A DNA stretch of 64,000 bases, from the IMG/VR virus record IMGVR_UViG_3300037458_000449; one strand, written 5' to 3'. Under the pieces are notes generated by a model, which worked only from the letters and a program-made list of their open reading frames with translations, was not told the DNA's origin and did not search any database. Positions within the stretch are counted from its first letter, which is position 1. Every line of letters starts with the position of its first letter. This DNA comes from an uncultured virus (IMG/VR IMGVR_UViG_3300037458_000449). Taxonomy: Duplodnaviria > Heunggongvirae > Uroviricota > Caudoviricetes. A program made the position numbers and the translations under genes. Shown here in pieces: positions 19,022-28,139 of the stretch.

Positions 19022-19663
19022 ATGGCTCCGTGGTCCGACTGGACATCCGACGTCGCGATCGACGTCACCGGCTGCCCCTCGCCGACGATCGAGCAGGCCG
19101 TCAAGCAGACCGCGATCGACTTCCTCGAGCGCACCCATTGGCTGCAGCGCACCGCGGCGCCGATCGACATTACGGGCGGCGCGGGCTCGCGCGCGTTCGC
19201 CTCGCCGGTCATCGGCACGGGCGAAACCGTGCTGGCGATCCTGAAAGCCTGGTACTTCGATGAACCGCTCGACGTCTACGGGCCGCCGGACGTCGAAGAC
19301 GACTGGCCGGACTGGAAGACCCGCACGGGCGATCCCGAGTGCATCGTCATGGAGCGCGTGGACGGCTACTACGTCGTGCCGGCGCCAGCCTCGACGCAGA
19401 CGGCCGCGCTGCGCCTCAAGGTCGCCGTGGGCCTGCTCGATACGGCTACCGGCGTCGATGATTCGGTGCGCGTGCTGTGGCGCGACGCGATCGCGAGCGG
19501 GGCCAAGGCGCGGCTGATGTTCATGGCAGGCAAGCCGTGGAGCTCGCCCGACCAGGCCGGCACTCACCAGATGCTCTACACGGCCGCCGTCAACGGCGCC
19601 ACGTTGCGCGCCATCCGCACCCCGGCACGGCGGCCGCTCGTCACCCGGCCGTACTTCTTCTAA
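19022..19663 (+). CDS. Adaptor/tail-associated virion protein
   Basis: GCPSP..QA...AIDF.ERT..., AIASGAKARL...KPWS. Confidence 0.65.
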   Translation: MAPWSDWTSDVAIDVTGCPSPTIEQAVKQTAIDFLERTHWLQRTAAPIDITGGAGSRAFASPVIGTGETVLAILKAWYFDEPLDVYGPPDVEDDWPDWKTRTGDPECIVMERVDGYYVVPAPASTQTAALRLKVAVGLLDTATGVDDSVRVLWRDAIASGAKARLMFMAGKPWSSPDQAGTHQMLYTAAVNGATLRAIRTPARRPLVTRPYFF

Positions 19664-21291
19664 TGCGGATCGTTCACCGCATCTTCTCGGGAATCGCGCC
19701 ACGCCTCGACCCGAAGCGGCTCGGCGAGACGAACGCGCAGATCGCGGAGAACTGCGACCTTCGCAACGGCACGCTGCGCGCCCTGCGCGGAACCTCGGCG
19801 GTGTGGGCGCTGACCAAGCCCGGCACGATCCGCACGATCTACCGATTCGGCCAGACCATCAGCGACGAGTCGCTGTACTGGTTCCATTGGACGGATGACG
19901 TGGACGTGGCGCGCGGCCAGATTGCCGGCGACACCGACGAGCGAACCTACTTTGCGGGCGATTCGGCCTACGGGCACCCGCGCGTCACCAAGGCCTCGAT
20001 CGCCCTGGCTGGCGGCACAACGTACCCGATGGCCTCGTATCGCCTTGGCGTCCCGGCGCCGGCGAGCGCGCCGACCAATAACGGCGTCACCGGTGTTGGC
20101 AGCGGCAGCATCGAAACGCGCAGCTACGTCTACACCTACGTCACCGGCGACGGCGAGGAAAGCGCGCCATCCCTGCCGCTGTCGGTCAATGCCCAGGAAG
20201 GCCAGACCGTGACGTTGAATAACCTGCTGGTGGCACCGGCGGGCGACTACAACATCACGTCGAAGCGCATCTATCGCACGGTCAGCACCGCGGCGACACC
20301 GATCGACTATCAGTTCGTCGCGCAGATCAGCGACGCCACGACCAGCTACGCCGACAGCAAGCTCGCCCAGGATCTTGCCGAGGTCATCCCGAGTCTCGAC
20401 TGGGACATGCCGCCGGCCGGGCTCAAGGGCCTCACCAACCTGCCGAACGGCATGATGGCGGGATTCCTGGGGAACGACGTCTATTTCTGCGAGCCCTACC
20501 GCGGGTTCGCCTGGCCGTCGAAGTATGTGCAGGCGGTCGATTCGCCGGTCGTCGGCCTTGGTACCTTCGCCGAAACGCTCGTCGTCGTCACGCGCGGCCG
20601 CCCCGTCATCATGTTCGGCAGCGACCCGAACTCGGTCGTCGTGCGCTACTCCGATTTCCCCGAGGCCGGGACATCCAAGCGCAGCATCGTCAACATGAAC
20701 GGCGGCGTTATGTACTCGAGCCCGAACGGGCTGGCGTTCATCGGCCCCTCGGGCGGCCAGCTGCTCACCGCAGGGATCATCGACAAAGAGTTTTGGACGA
20801 GCCTCAACCCAGCGTCGATCGAGGCCTATCAGTACGACGGCCGCTACATCGGCTTCTACGACAACGGCACGCCCGGCGGCTTCCAGTTCGACCCGGCCGA
20901 TGGCAACCAGCCGTTCTCGATGCTCACGGCATATGCGACGGCCGGTTACACCGACATGGTCCGCGACTCGCTGTACCTGAACATCAGCGGCACCGTGCGG
21001 CAATGGGACGAGGGCGGCAGCCCGTACACCTACACATGGCGATCGCGGGTCCATGAGACACCGCACCCCGTCACGTTCGGGTGGGGCCAGGTGTTCGCCG
21101 CCACCTACCCGGTCACGGCGAGGGTCTACGCCGACGGCTCGCTCCGGCACACGCAGATCGTGGCGAGCAACGCCCCGTTCCGCCTGCCGTCAGGGTTCCT
21201 CGCGAAGGACTGGGAGATCGAGCTCATCGGCACGAATAAGGTCACGGCCGCCTATCTGGCGCAGGGCATTGACGAACTGCGGGCCGAGTGA
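19663..21291 (+). CDS. Tail nozzle/stabilisation-like structural protein
   Basis: FSGIAPR...AENC start; YVYTYV...EESAPS; FCEPY..AWP; FRLPSG; TAATG coupling. Confidence 0.7.
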   Translation: MRIVHRIFSGIAPRLDPKRLGETNAQIAENCDLRNGTLRALRGTSAVWALTKPGTIRTIYRFGQTISDESLYWFHWTDDVDVARGQIAGDTDERTYFAGDSAYGHPRVTKASIALAGGTTYPMASYRLGVPAPASAPTNNGVTGVGSGSIETRSYVYTYVTGDGEESAPSLPLSVNAQEGQTVTLNNLLVAPAGDYNITSKRIYRTVSTAATPIDYQFVAQISDATTSYADSKLAQDLAEVIPSLDWDMPPAGLKGLTNLPNGMMAGFLGNDVYFCEPYRGFAWPSKYVQAVDSPVVGLGTFAETLVVVTRGRPVIMFGSDPNSVVVRYSDFPEAGTSKRSIVNMNGGVMYSSPNGLAFIGPSGGQLLTAGIIDKEFWTSLNPASIEAYQYDGRYIGFYDNGTPGGFQFDPADGNQPFSMLTAYATAGYTDMVRDSLYLNISGTVRQWDEGGSPYTYTWRSRVHETPHPVTFGWGQVFAATYPVTARVYADGSLRHTQIVASNAPFRLPSGFLAKDWEIELIGTNKVTAAYLAQGIDELRAE

Positions 21292-23357
21292 TGGCAAAGA
21301 CTCGCCGCTCCACGCTGCCCGATCTGACTGACACATCGAGCAACGGGCTGACGCGATGGGCCCGCTCGGTGCAGGAAGCGTTGGGCCTGATGACCGGCGA
21401 GCGGGCGCTGACCGACGAGGCCAAGCTCGATTCCGCCGTCACCTACCGCGCGCTGATTGACCAGGGGTTCGCGATCCTCGCGCCGGCCGGGCGCGATCAG
21501 TTCGTGCTGCCCGGCACCGACGAGGGCGCGTACTCCAAGATCCCGCCGCCGGCGCCGATTGGTTTCGTGGTCACGCGGCTGCCGTACAACATGCGGCTGA
21601 CGTGGACCGCGCCGGAGTACGCGAACCACTACGCGACGGAAATCTGGCGCTCGAGCACCGACAACCTGACCGAGGCGCGGCTAGTGGGCGCCGTCGTCGG
21701 CAGCATCACCCTATGGGAAGACGGCTACCTGACAGGCGCAGTCTTCTACTGGATCCGCTTCGTCAGCCGGGCCGGGATCACGGGCGCGTTCAACGCGATC
21801 AGCGGGACGAGCTCGGAGAGCCAGCCAGGCGACGTCACCGGGCTCAACTACGTCCTCGAGGAAGCCGGCGTGCGCGTCTTCTGGAACGCGGTGACAGCGC
21901 CCGACCTCGACGTGTACGAGGTCCGCTACGGTGCTTCCTGGGAGACGGGCGCCCTGCTCGCCGAAACCAAAAGCACCTTCTACCTGTGGCGCGTGCAGTC
22001 CACCGGGACGTACCGGATATGGGTGCGGGCGCGCGACATCAGCGGTTTCTACTCGGGCTCGGCGAGCTCGATCGACGTCATCATCGTGAACCCGACGACG
22101 GCGACGCTCAGCTTCACGCTCAGCGGCGACTCGATCCTGCTCGCGTGGAGCGCGGTCGCGGGCTCGTTCCTCATCGAATACTACGAGGTCCGCTACGGCG
22201 ACACCTGGGCCGGCGGCACGCTCGTCAACCGCACCTTCGCAACGGCGCTGCTGATGCGCGTGGACTGGGGCGGCGTGCGGCGCTTTTGGGTGGCGGGCCG
22301 CGACGTTGCCGGCAACTACGGCACGCCGATCGCCGTCGATGTCACGATCACCGCGCCGGGCTCCGTGCAAGGGCTGCGCGCCGACGTCATCGACAACAAC
22401 GTGCTGCTGTACTGGCAGGAGCCCGCCACCGGCACCCTGCCGATCGCCACCTACGACATCCGCAAAGGCGCGGACTTCGGCAGCGCGGTATCCGTCGGCG
22501 AGAAGTCAGGCCTGTTCACGTCGGTCTTTGAAATGGCCTCGGGCAGCTACACCTACTGGGTGCGGGGCCGCGACACGGCGGGCAATTACGGCACGGCCGC
22601 CCCGGTCACGGTCAGCGTGCAGCAACCGCCCGACTTCGTCCTCTACAGCGACCAGAACATCGACCTTTCGACGGCAACCCTGTCGAGCGCGAGCTACGAC
22701 GGCACGGGCGTCGTGCTGCCGATCAACACCACGGAAACCTACGACGCGCACTACTCGACGCGCAGCTGGACGAACGACGACGACGCGATCGCCGCCGGGT
22801 TTCCGATCTATGCGCAGCCCGCACCGACCACCGGCTACATCGAGAAGGAAATCGACCTCGGCGCCGCGATCCCGTCCACGACCGTCACGGTGACGCCGAC
22901 GCTGGCCGTCGTCGCGGGTACGCCGACCAATCAGGTGCAGATCAGCCACAAGCTGAACATCGGCGACAGCTGGACCGACATCGCCGCCGGCCCGAGCGGG
23001 TTCATTGCCGCGAGCTTCCGCTACCTCAAGGTGCGCGTGACGGCGACAACCAGCGGCAGCGGCGTCGGCCTGTACCGCTGCACGAACATCAATGTGCAGG
23101 TATCGGTCAAGCAGCGAACCGACTCCGGCCAGGGCTACGCGAACTCGGCCGACTCGGGCGGAACGACCGTCGCCCTCAACTACGATTTCGTGGATCTGTT
23201 CGGCCCGCCGATGATCCAACCAGTCGGGACCACGCCAATAATCGCGGTCGTGGACTTTACCGACGCGCCCTACCCGACCGAGTTCAAGGTGCTTTGCTTC
23301 AACCTGTCGGGTACGCGCGTCAGCTGCTCGTTTAGCTGGACCGCAAGGGGTGTGTGA
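21291..23357 (+). CDS. Tail fibre/host-specificity protein with FN3-like repeats
   Basis: Repeated YEVRYG..W..G and FWV.GRD.AGNYG units. Confidence 0.75.
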   Translation: MAKTRRSTLPDLTDTSSNGLTRWARSVQEALGLMTGERALTDEAKLDSAVTYRALIDQGFAILAPAGRDQFVLPGTDEGAYSKIPPPAPIGFVVTRLPYNMRLTWTAPEYANHYATEIWRSSTDNLTEARLVGAVVGSITLWEDGYLTGAVFYWIRFVSRAGITGAFNAISGTSSESQPGDVTGLNYVLEEAGVRVFWNAVTAPDLDVYEVRYGASWETGALLAETKSTFYLWRVQSTGTYRIWVRARDISGFYSGSASSIDVIIVNPTTATLSFTLSGDSILLAWSAVAGSFLIEYYEVRYGDTWAGGTLVNRTFATALLMRVDWGGVRRFWVAGRDVAGNYGTPIAVDVTITAPGSVQGLRADVIDNNVLLYWQEPATGTLPIATYDIRKGADFGSAVSVGEKSGLFTSVFEMASGSYTYWVRGRDTAGNYGTAAPVTVSVQQPPDFVLYSDQNIDLSTATLSSASYDGTGVVLPINTTETYDAHYSTRSWTNDDDAIAAGFPIYAQPAPTTGYIEKEIDLGAAIPSTTVTVTPTLAVVAGTPTNQVQISHKLNIGDSWTDIAAGPSGFIAASFRYLKVRVTATTSGSGVGLYRCTNINVQVSVKQRTDSGQGYANSADSGGTTVALNYDFVDLFGPPMIQPVGTTPIIAVVDFTDAPYPTEFKVLCFNLSGTRVSCSFSWTARGV

Positions 23358-23815
23358 TGGTCGATAGAAAAACGCTGCTCGCTGAGTTTCGCTATGAGCC
23401 CGACACCGGGCTTGTGTTCCGCCGCATTTCACGCGGACCAGCTAAGCCGCGCGCCGGACAGCCGCTTTCAACAATCGGCAATCATGGCTACATCATCGGC
23501 AGCGTTCGTGGAACGAGGTTTTTGCTGCATCGAGCCATTTGGCTGATGATCTACGGCACCGAGCCAAATCAAATCGACCACATCGACGGCGATAGAACAA
23601 ATAACCGATTGGGTAACCTACGCAGCGTGACTCAGCAGCAGAACCTCGCGAATAAGCGAAGACTCGGCAGGGCGAACACAAGTGGGGCACTCGGAGTTTC
23701 GCTTCACCGAAGGACTGGCAAGTTCCGAGCTGCGCGGTTTGGCCGGCATCTTGGTTTGTATTCGACGGTCGATGAAGCCAGCGCAGCATATTGGCGCGCG
23801 CGGGCTAAGGAGTAG
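23357..23815 (+). CDS. HNH homing endonuclease (HNH_3/AP2-like)
   Basis: LHRAIW, IDHIDGDRTNNRLGNLR, NTSGALGVS, HLGLYST; lower GC. Confidence 0.9.
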   Translation: MVDRKTLLAEFRYEPDTGLVFRRISRGPAKPRAGQPLSTIGNHGYIIGSVRGTRFLLHRAIWLMIYGTEPNQIDHIDGDRTNNRLGNLRSVTQQQNLANKRRLGRANTSGALGVSLHRRTGKFRAARFGRHLGLYSTVDEASAAYWRARAKE

Positions 23816-23818
23816 CTC

Positions 23819-24628
23819 ATGAGCGCCAATTTCACCAAGCCAGTCACTTCGGATCTTCGCGCGGACGTCCTCGCCTATATCCGCGACTACATGGCCGCCC
23901 AGGCCAAGCTGTTCGACGGCGAAACCCTCACCGGCACGCCGACCGACGCGATCCGCTATTCGGCGGCCAACAGCCGCTTCGAAAAGTGGAACGGCTCGGC
24001 CTGGGGCGTGCTCTCGCTCGGCTTCCTGCCGCTGGCTGGCGGCACGCTGACGGGTACGCTGACCGGCGCCGCCGGCGCATTTTCTAGCCTGACGGTCGGC
24101 GGAAACGCCGTCTGGCACGCCGGCAACCTGACGCCTGCGAACTACCTGCCGCTGGCTGGCGGCACGATGGCGGGCCAGCTGAACACCTTGAGCGTCCTGC
24201 CGACGGTCAACAACGCATCGAACATCGGCAGCGATGGCCTGCGCTATGCGGGCGTGTACGCGACGAACTTCTACGAGGCCGGCACGGCGCTGTCGGCCAA
24301 GTACGCGACCGCTGGCCATTCGCACAGCTTCCTGCCGCTGACCGGCGGCACCCTGACTGGCGCCCTGGCCGGGACGTCTGGCGCTTTCACCAGCCTGACC
24401 GTCAGCGGCAGCGGTGTCTGGCATAGCGGAAACTTCAACCCGGCCAACTACTCAGTCACCAGCCACACGCACAGCTACCTGCCGCTCAGCGGCGGCAACA
24501 TCACCGGCAGCCTGTCGCGCGGCAGTCTGAACGTCGTGACCTCGAGCAACGGTGCGCCAAACATCACGCGCGGCACGGCCCCGCCAACCGGCGGGAACGA
24601 TGGCGATTTCTATGCCCAGTATTCATAG
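23819..24628 (+). CDS. Tail fibre shaft protein with LPL(A/T/S)GG repeats
   Basis: Four (Y/F)LPLxGGxxxG units and two VWHxGNxxP units. Confidence 0.8.
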   Translation: MSANFTKPVTSDLRADVLAYIRDYMAAQAKLFDGETLTGTPTDAIRYSAANSRFEKWNGSAWGVLSLGFLPLAGGTLTGTLTGAAGAFSSLTVGGNAVWHAGNLTPANYLPLAGGTMAGQLNTLSVLPTVNNASNIGSDGLRYAGVYATNFYEAGTALSAKYATAGHSHSFLPLTGGTLTGALAGTSGAFTSLTVSGSGVWHSGNFNPANYSVTSHTHSYLPLSGGNITGSLSRGSLNVVTSSNGAPNITRGTAPPTGGNDGDFYAQYS

Positions 24629-25154
24629 CAAACGCTGCTCCTGCTGCCGAGTAGAAAAGACCATGAACGAGTTTGGTCGCGACAAGTATGAGCCTGACGG
24701 GCATCGTATTTATTGCAAGGCCTGTGTAGGGAAAAAGCGCGCCCTCAGAACTCAGGAGCGGGCAGATTCTCTACGGGAGTACATGCGGGAGTACAACGCC
24801 AGCGAGAAGGCCCGCGCCGCTCGCGCTGCCTACGACTCATCGCCGCGCGGGAAAGAACTGAGGCGGCGATCCAGAAAGACTCAACGCGCCAGAGCAATTT
24901 CTCTCCACCATACAAGATTGCGTCAGCTAAGAACGCGCGGTCAGGCGGCGATGCTTGGTAGAGAGCTTCGGGTCGAGATTCGGGCTATTTACATAGAGGC
25001 GAGGCGGCTAACCGATGCAACGGGCGTTCCGCATGACGTAGATCATATTGTTCCGCTGGCGCACGGCGGCCTTCATCACCCATCAAACCTGCGCATCCTG
25101 CCGGCGTCGCTCAATCGGCGGCTTGGTGGCGGTCTACGACGAGCGAAGATTTAA
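24612..25154 (+). CDS. HNH homing endonuclease with CxxC zinc motifs
   Basis: CSCC...CKAC; HDVDHIVPLAHGGLHHPSNLRIL; same type as 138..698; start codon uncertain. Confidence 0.85.
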   Translation: MPSIHSKRCSCCRVEKTMNEFGRDKYEPDGHRIYCKACVGKKRALRTQERADSLREYMREYNASEKARAARAAYDSSPRGKELRRRSRKTQRARAISLHHTRLRQLRTRGQAAMLGRELRVEIRAIYIEARRLTDATGVPHDVDHIVPLAHGGLHHPSNLRILPASLNRRLGGGLRRAKI

Positions 25155-25658
25155 ATGCCTTGGCATCAAAACGTCAGCGGCACTTGGAAATCCTTGGTCT
25201 GGTGGCAGAACGTCGCCGGCACATGGAAAAAGATCGCTTGGCACCAGAACGTCGCCGGCACATGGAAGCAACTGACCTTCCTGCTGTCGTCGCTGATGCC
25301 TTCGACGGCTTTTGCCGAGACGACATCAATCAGCCCGACGGACTCTCTCGCTCAACTCACGCTGTCGAGCGCGGGGACGTATTCCGCATCGGAAACCGGC
25401 AGCAGCGGAACCTGGCGCGGGGCCGGCGCCTCGTCGGAGTACGAGGCTCGCTGGACGACGACATCGGGAACCCTGTCGGGTGGTACCGCGGGCTCCTGGC
25501 TCAACCTCGGCACGTCGCGCACCTGGCAAAAGCTGAACACCACCAACGGCGTCTCGACGCAGTCCGTCGTCGGCACGCTCGAGATCCGCATGGCCGCAGC
25601 CCCGAACACCGTCCTTTCGACCACCACCGTCACGCTGACGGCAAACACCGAAACGTAA
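25155..25658 (+). CDS. Small tail-fibre tip/accessory protein
   Basis: Three tandem 13-aa W.QNV.GTWK repeats at the N-terminus. Confidence 0.7.
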   Translation: MPWHQNVSGTWKSLVWWQNVAGTWKKIAWHQNVAGTWKQLTFLLSSLMPSTAFAETTSISPTDSLAQLTLSSAGTYSASETGSSGTWRGAGASSEYEARWTTTSGTLSGGTAGSWLNLGTSRTWQKLNTTNGVSTQSVVGTLEIRMAAAPNTVLSTTTVTLTANTET

Positions 25659-25668
25659 GGAGAGCAGC

Positions 25669-25818
25669 ATGGAATACGTCATCGTCTTTCTGGTTGTCGC
25701 CGCAGGCATCGCCTTCGTCGTCAGCAAAATGCGCGGCAAACCCGGCAGCAAGGTCGTCAAGGGCGGCGGCAGCGGCGGCGGCGTGTCGCCGAACCCGAAG
25801 GACTACGAGGAACCCTGA
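25669..25818 (+). CDS. Small single-pass membrane protein (49 aa)
   Basis: AAGGAG RBS; MEYVIVFLVVAAGIAFVVSK...; below the ORF-track cutoff. Confidence 0.65.
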   Translation: MEYVIVFLVVAAGIAFVVSKMRGKPGSKVVKGGGSGGGVSPNPKDYEEP

Positions 25819-25836
25819 TCGAGGCGCCAGCCGGGC

Positions 25837-25866
25837 GGCTCCAACCGCCCGGCGATGCGCGACCAT
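25837..25866 (+). promoter_or_regulatory. Putative late promoter GGCTCCAAC-N15-GACCAT
   Basis: Intergenic, upstream of the internal-virion operon. Confidence 0.55.
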
Positions 25867-25886
25867 CCCGCGCAGGAGGCTCGCCT

Positions 25887-26099
25887 ATGCTCGGCCCTGA
25901 CCCGTCGTTCATGCTCGTCCTGCCGCGCTCCGTCGTGCTGACGGCGATCGCGGCGCTCGGCAAGCAGCCCCTTGAACAGGTAGCCGGCGCGCATGCCGCC
26001 CTCGTTCAGGCGCTACAGGAAGCCGAGGAGCACGCGGTCATGCATGTGCTGCAGAAGCGGGCCGAGGAACATGCCGAGCGTCATGCGGCTGGTTTATGA
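25887..26099 (+). CDS. Hypothetical protein
   Basis: AGGAGG RBS. Confidence 0.6.
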   Translation: MLGPDPSFMLVLPRSVVLTAIAALGKQPLEQVAGAHAALVQALQEAEEHAVMHVLQKRAEEHAERHAAGL

Positions 26100-26514
26100 C
26101 GACGACGCCCGCGTGTGCGCGTGGGTCGATGAACAGATGGGACTGCCGTGGCCGTCGATCGTGAAGACGGCGATCGGCTGCGAGATCGAGGGCGAATTGG
26201 TGGCAGGCGTAGTGTTCGACAACCTGACCGACAACAACGTGTTCGCGCATTGCGTGAACCTGCGGTCGGGTGGGTTCCCGGTCGAACTGCTGGCGGCCTG
26301 CTACGCCTACGTCTTCGATCAGCTCGGATTGGAGCGCGTGTCGCTGCTGGTCGCGGCCAGCAACGAGCGCGCCCTGCGATTTGTCGAGAAATGGGGGGCG
26401 CAGTTTGAGGCCCGGCTTGCCAGGGCAACCAAGGCGGCCGACATGCTGATCTACGTCATGTGGCGCGACACCGAGCCGGCCGCTCAGGTGTTCCGCGCTG
26501 CTGAGAGGGCTTGA
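26071..26514 (+). CDS. GNAT-family acetyltransferase-like protein
   Basis: YVFDQLGLERV...NERALRFVEKWGAQFEARL RimJ-like pattern. Confidence 0.75.
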   Translation: MPSVMRLVYDDDARVCAWVDEQMGLPWPSIVKTAIGCEIEGELVAGVVFDNLTDNNVFAHCVNLRSGGFPVELLAACYAYVFDQLGLERVSLLVAASNERALRFVEKWGAQFEARLARATKAADMLIYVMWRDTEPAAQVFRAAERA

Positions 26515-26517
26515 GCC

Positions 26518-27663
26518 ATGGCGAGTACCCCGAAAACCCCGAAGCCGGACCCGATGATCGGCCAGGCCGCGCTGCAGAACGCGGCGACGGCACGGGAAAT
26601 GCTCGGTATCGGGCGCGACTCCCTCGCGTTCTCCGAGCGCCAGTACGAGGACTCGCTGGCCGAGCTTGAGCGGTTGCGGCCGACGCTCGACGCCCTCGCC
26701 CAGGGCCAGATCACGGCGACCAACCTCGCCAACGACATCACGAAATCGTCGTGGAACGACTACAACACGACCTATCGCCCGCTCGAGCAGCGCGTCGCGG
26801 CCGATGCGATGTCCGCTGGCTCGGTCGCCGAGCAGGAAAAGGCCGCCGGCAAGGCCGGAATCGACGTACAGCGCCAGCTGGACATGCAGCGCGGCACGAT
26901 GGATCGCAGCCTGACCTCGATGGGCGTCAACCCGAACTCGGGGAAGTTTGTCGGTGCCAACCGCACCGCGGCGATCCTGGGCGCGGCGGCCCGCGCAGGC
27001 GCGCAGACTCAGGCGCGCGAGGGCGAGCGGCTGCTCGGTGACGCCAAGCGATCGTCGGCGGCCGCCATGGGGCGCGGCATGACCGGCACCGCTCTCACGG
27101 GCATCCAAGTCGGGGGCAACGCAGCCGGGCAGGCCTCGGGCCTCGCGGGCGCCGGATCGGCTCAGCGCAACGCGCTCGGCCAGCAGTACCTCGGCAATAT
27201 GGCCGGATCCTCGGGCCTGATGGGCAATGCGGCCGGCGTGAACACGTCGGCGGCCAACATCATGACCGACCTCTACGGTCAGCGGCTCAACGCCTACCAG
27301 ACGCAGGCGCAGTCGGCGGGCGCGCTCGGCGCGGGCCTCGGCCAGCTGGGCGGCATGGCGCTGATGATGTCCGACGAGAACGTGAAGACCGACAAGCGCC
27401 CGGCGAGCGGCAAGAAGGCCCGCAAGGCGATCGACGGCATGCGCGTCGAAAAGTGGAAATACAAGCCCGGCCAGCCGTACTCGGACGCCGAGGAACACAT
27501 CGGCACCTACGCGCAGGACTTCGCGCGCGAAACCGGCGTCGGCAACGGCAAGACGATCAACGTCATCGACGCGATCGGCGTCAACATGGCGGCGACCAAG
27601 GAACTCTCGAAGGAGCTCCGGTCGCTGCGTAAACAAGTCCAGCAGAAAGGAGTGGCGGCATGA
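26518..27663 (+). CDS. Internal virion/ejection-type protein with C-terminal peptidase S74-like domain
   Basis: A/G/Q/M-rich body with MGVNPNSG; C-terminal SDENVKTD...WKYK...HIGTYAQD. Confidence 0.7.
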   Translation: MASTPKTPKPDPMIGQAALQNAATAREMLGIGRDSLAFSERQYEDSLAELERLRPTLDALAQGQITATNLANDITKSSWNDYNTTYRPLEQRVAADAMSAGSVAEQEKAAGKAGIDVQRQLDMQRGTMDRSLTSMGVNPNSGKFVGANRTAAILGAAARAGAQTQAREGERLLGDAKRSSAAAMGRGMTGTALTGIQVGGNAAGQASGLAGAGSAQRNALGQQYLGNMAGSSGLMGNAAGVNTSAANIMTDLYGQRLNAYQTQAQSAGALGAGLGQLGGMALMMSDENVKTDKRPASGKKARKAIDGMRVEKWKYKPGQPYSDAEEHIGTYAQDFARETGVGNGKTINVIDAIGVNMAATKELSKELRSLRKQVQQKGVAA

Positions 27664-28130
27664 CCTTCGGGAATTTCCTGCTCGGCGTGGCCGAGGGGCT
27701 GGATCGAGGCGTCGAGGCGGGCGATCGCATCAAGGGCGCGCGCGACCGCAAGAAGGTGCGCGATGCCGGCAAGCAGGCTGGCGAGGACAACAAGCTGTTC
27801 AGCCAGATGGCTGCGGCGGGAGCCGAGCGCATGCCGGGGGCCGGGCCTGCGCCCGCTGCCGCTCCGGCCGCTCCTGCTCCGACGGCTGCCGCACCGGCCG
27901 GGCTGGTTGCTGCACCGCCGCCCGCCCAGGCTCCGGCGCCGTCGCCGATGGCCGCAGCGGCCGGGCAGCGAGGCTACGCGCCGTCCCTGCAGCCGACTTA
28001 TTCGCCGGCCGCCGTCATGGGCGTGCAGGCACCGACGTTCAACACGCAGTTCCCCGGCGCGATCCCGCGAAACATGGGCGTCATGGGCGCTCGCAACCCG
28101 TACCTGCCGGGCGACGAGCAACTGTACTGA
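27660..28130 (+). CDS. Hypothetical Pro/Ala-rich (internal virion) protein
   Basis: AAAGGAG RBS; ATGA overlap. Confidence 0.65.
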   Translation: MTFGNFLLGVAEGLDRGVEAGDRIKGARDRKKVRDAGKQAGEDNKLFSQMAAAGAERMPGAGPAPAAAPAAPAPTAAAPAGLVAAPPPAQAPAPSPMAAAAGQRGYAPSLQPTYSPAAVMGVQAPTFNTQFPGAIPRNMGVMGARNPYLPGDEQLY

Positions 28131-28139
28131 GGGCTCGAC

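Noticed and set aside
23819..25300. CRISPR array or DGR template/variable repeats in the fibre genes
   Set aside because: The repeats are in-frame protein repeats without unique spacers; no adenine-specific mismatch pair or reverse transcriptase was seen.
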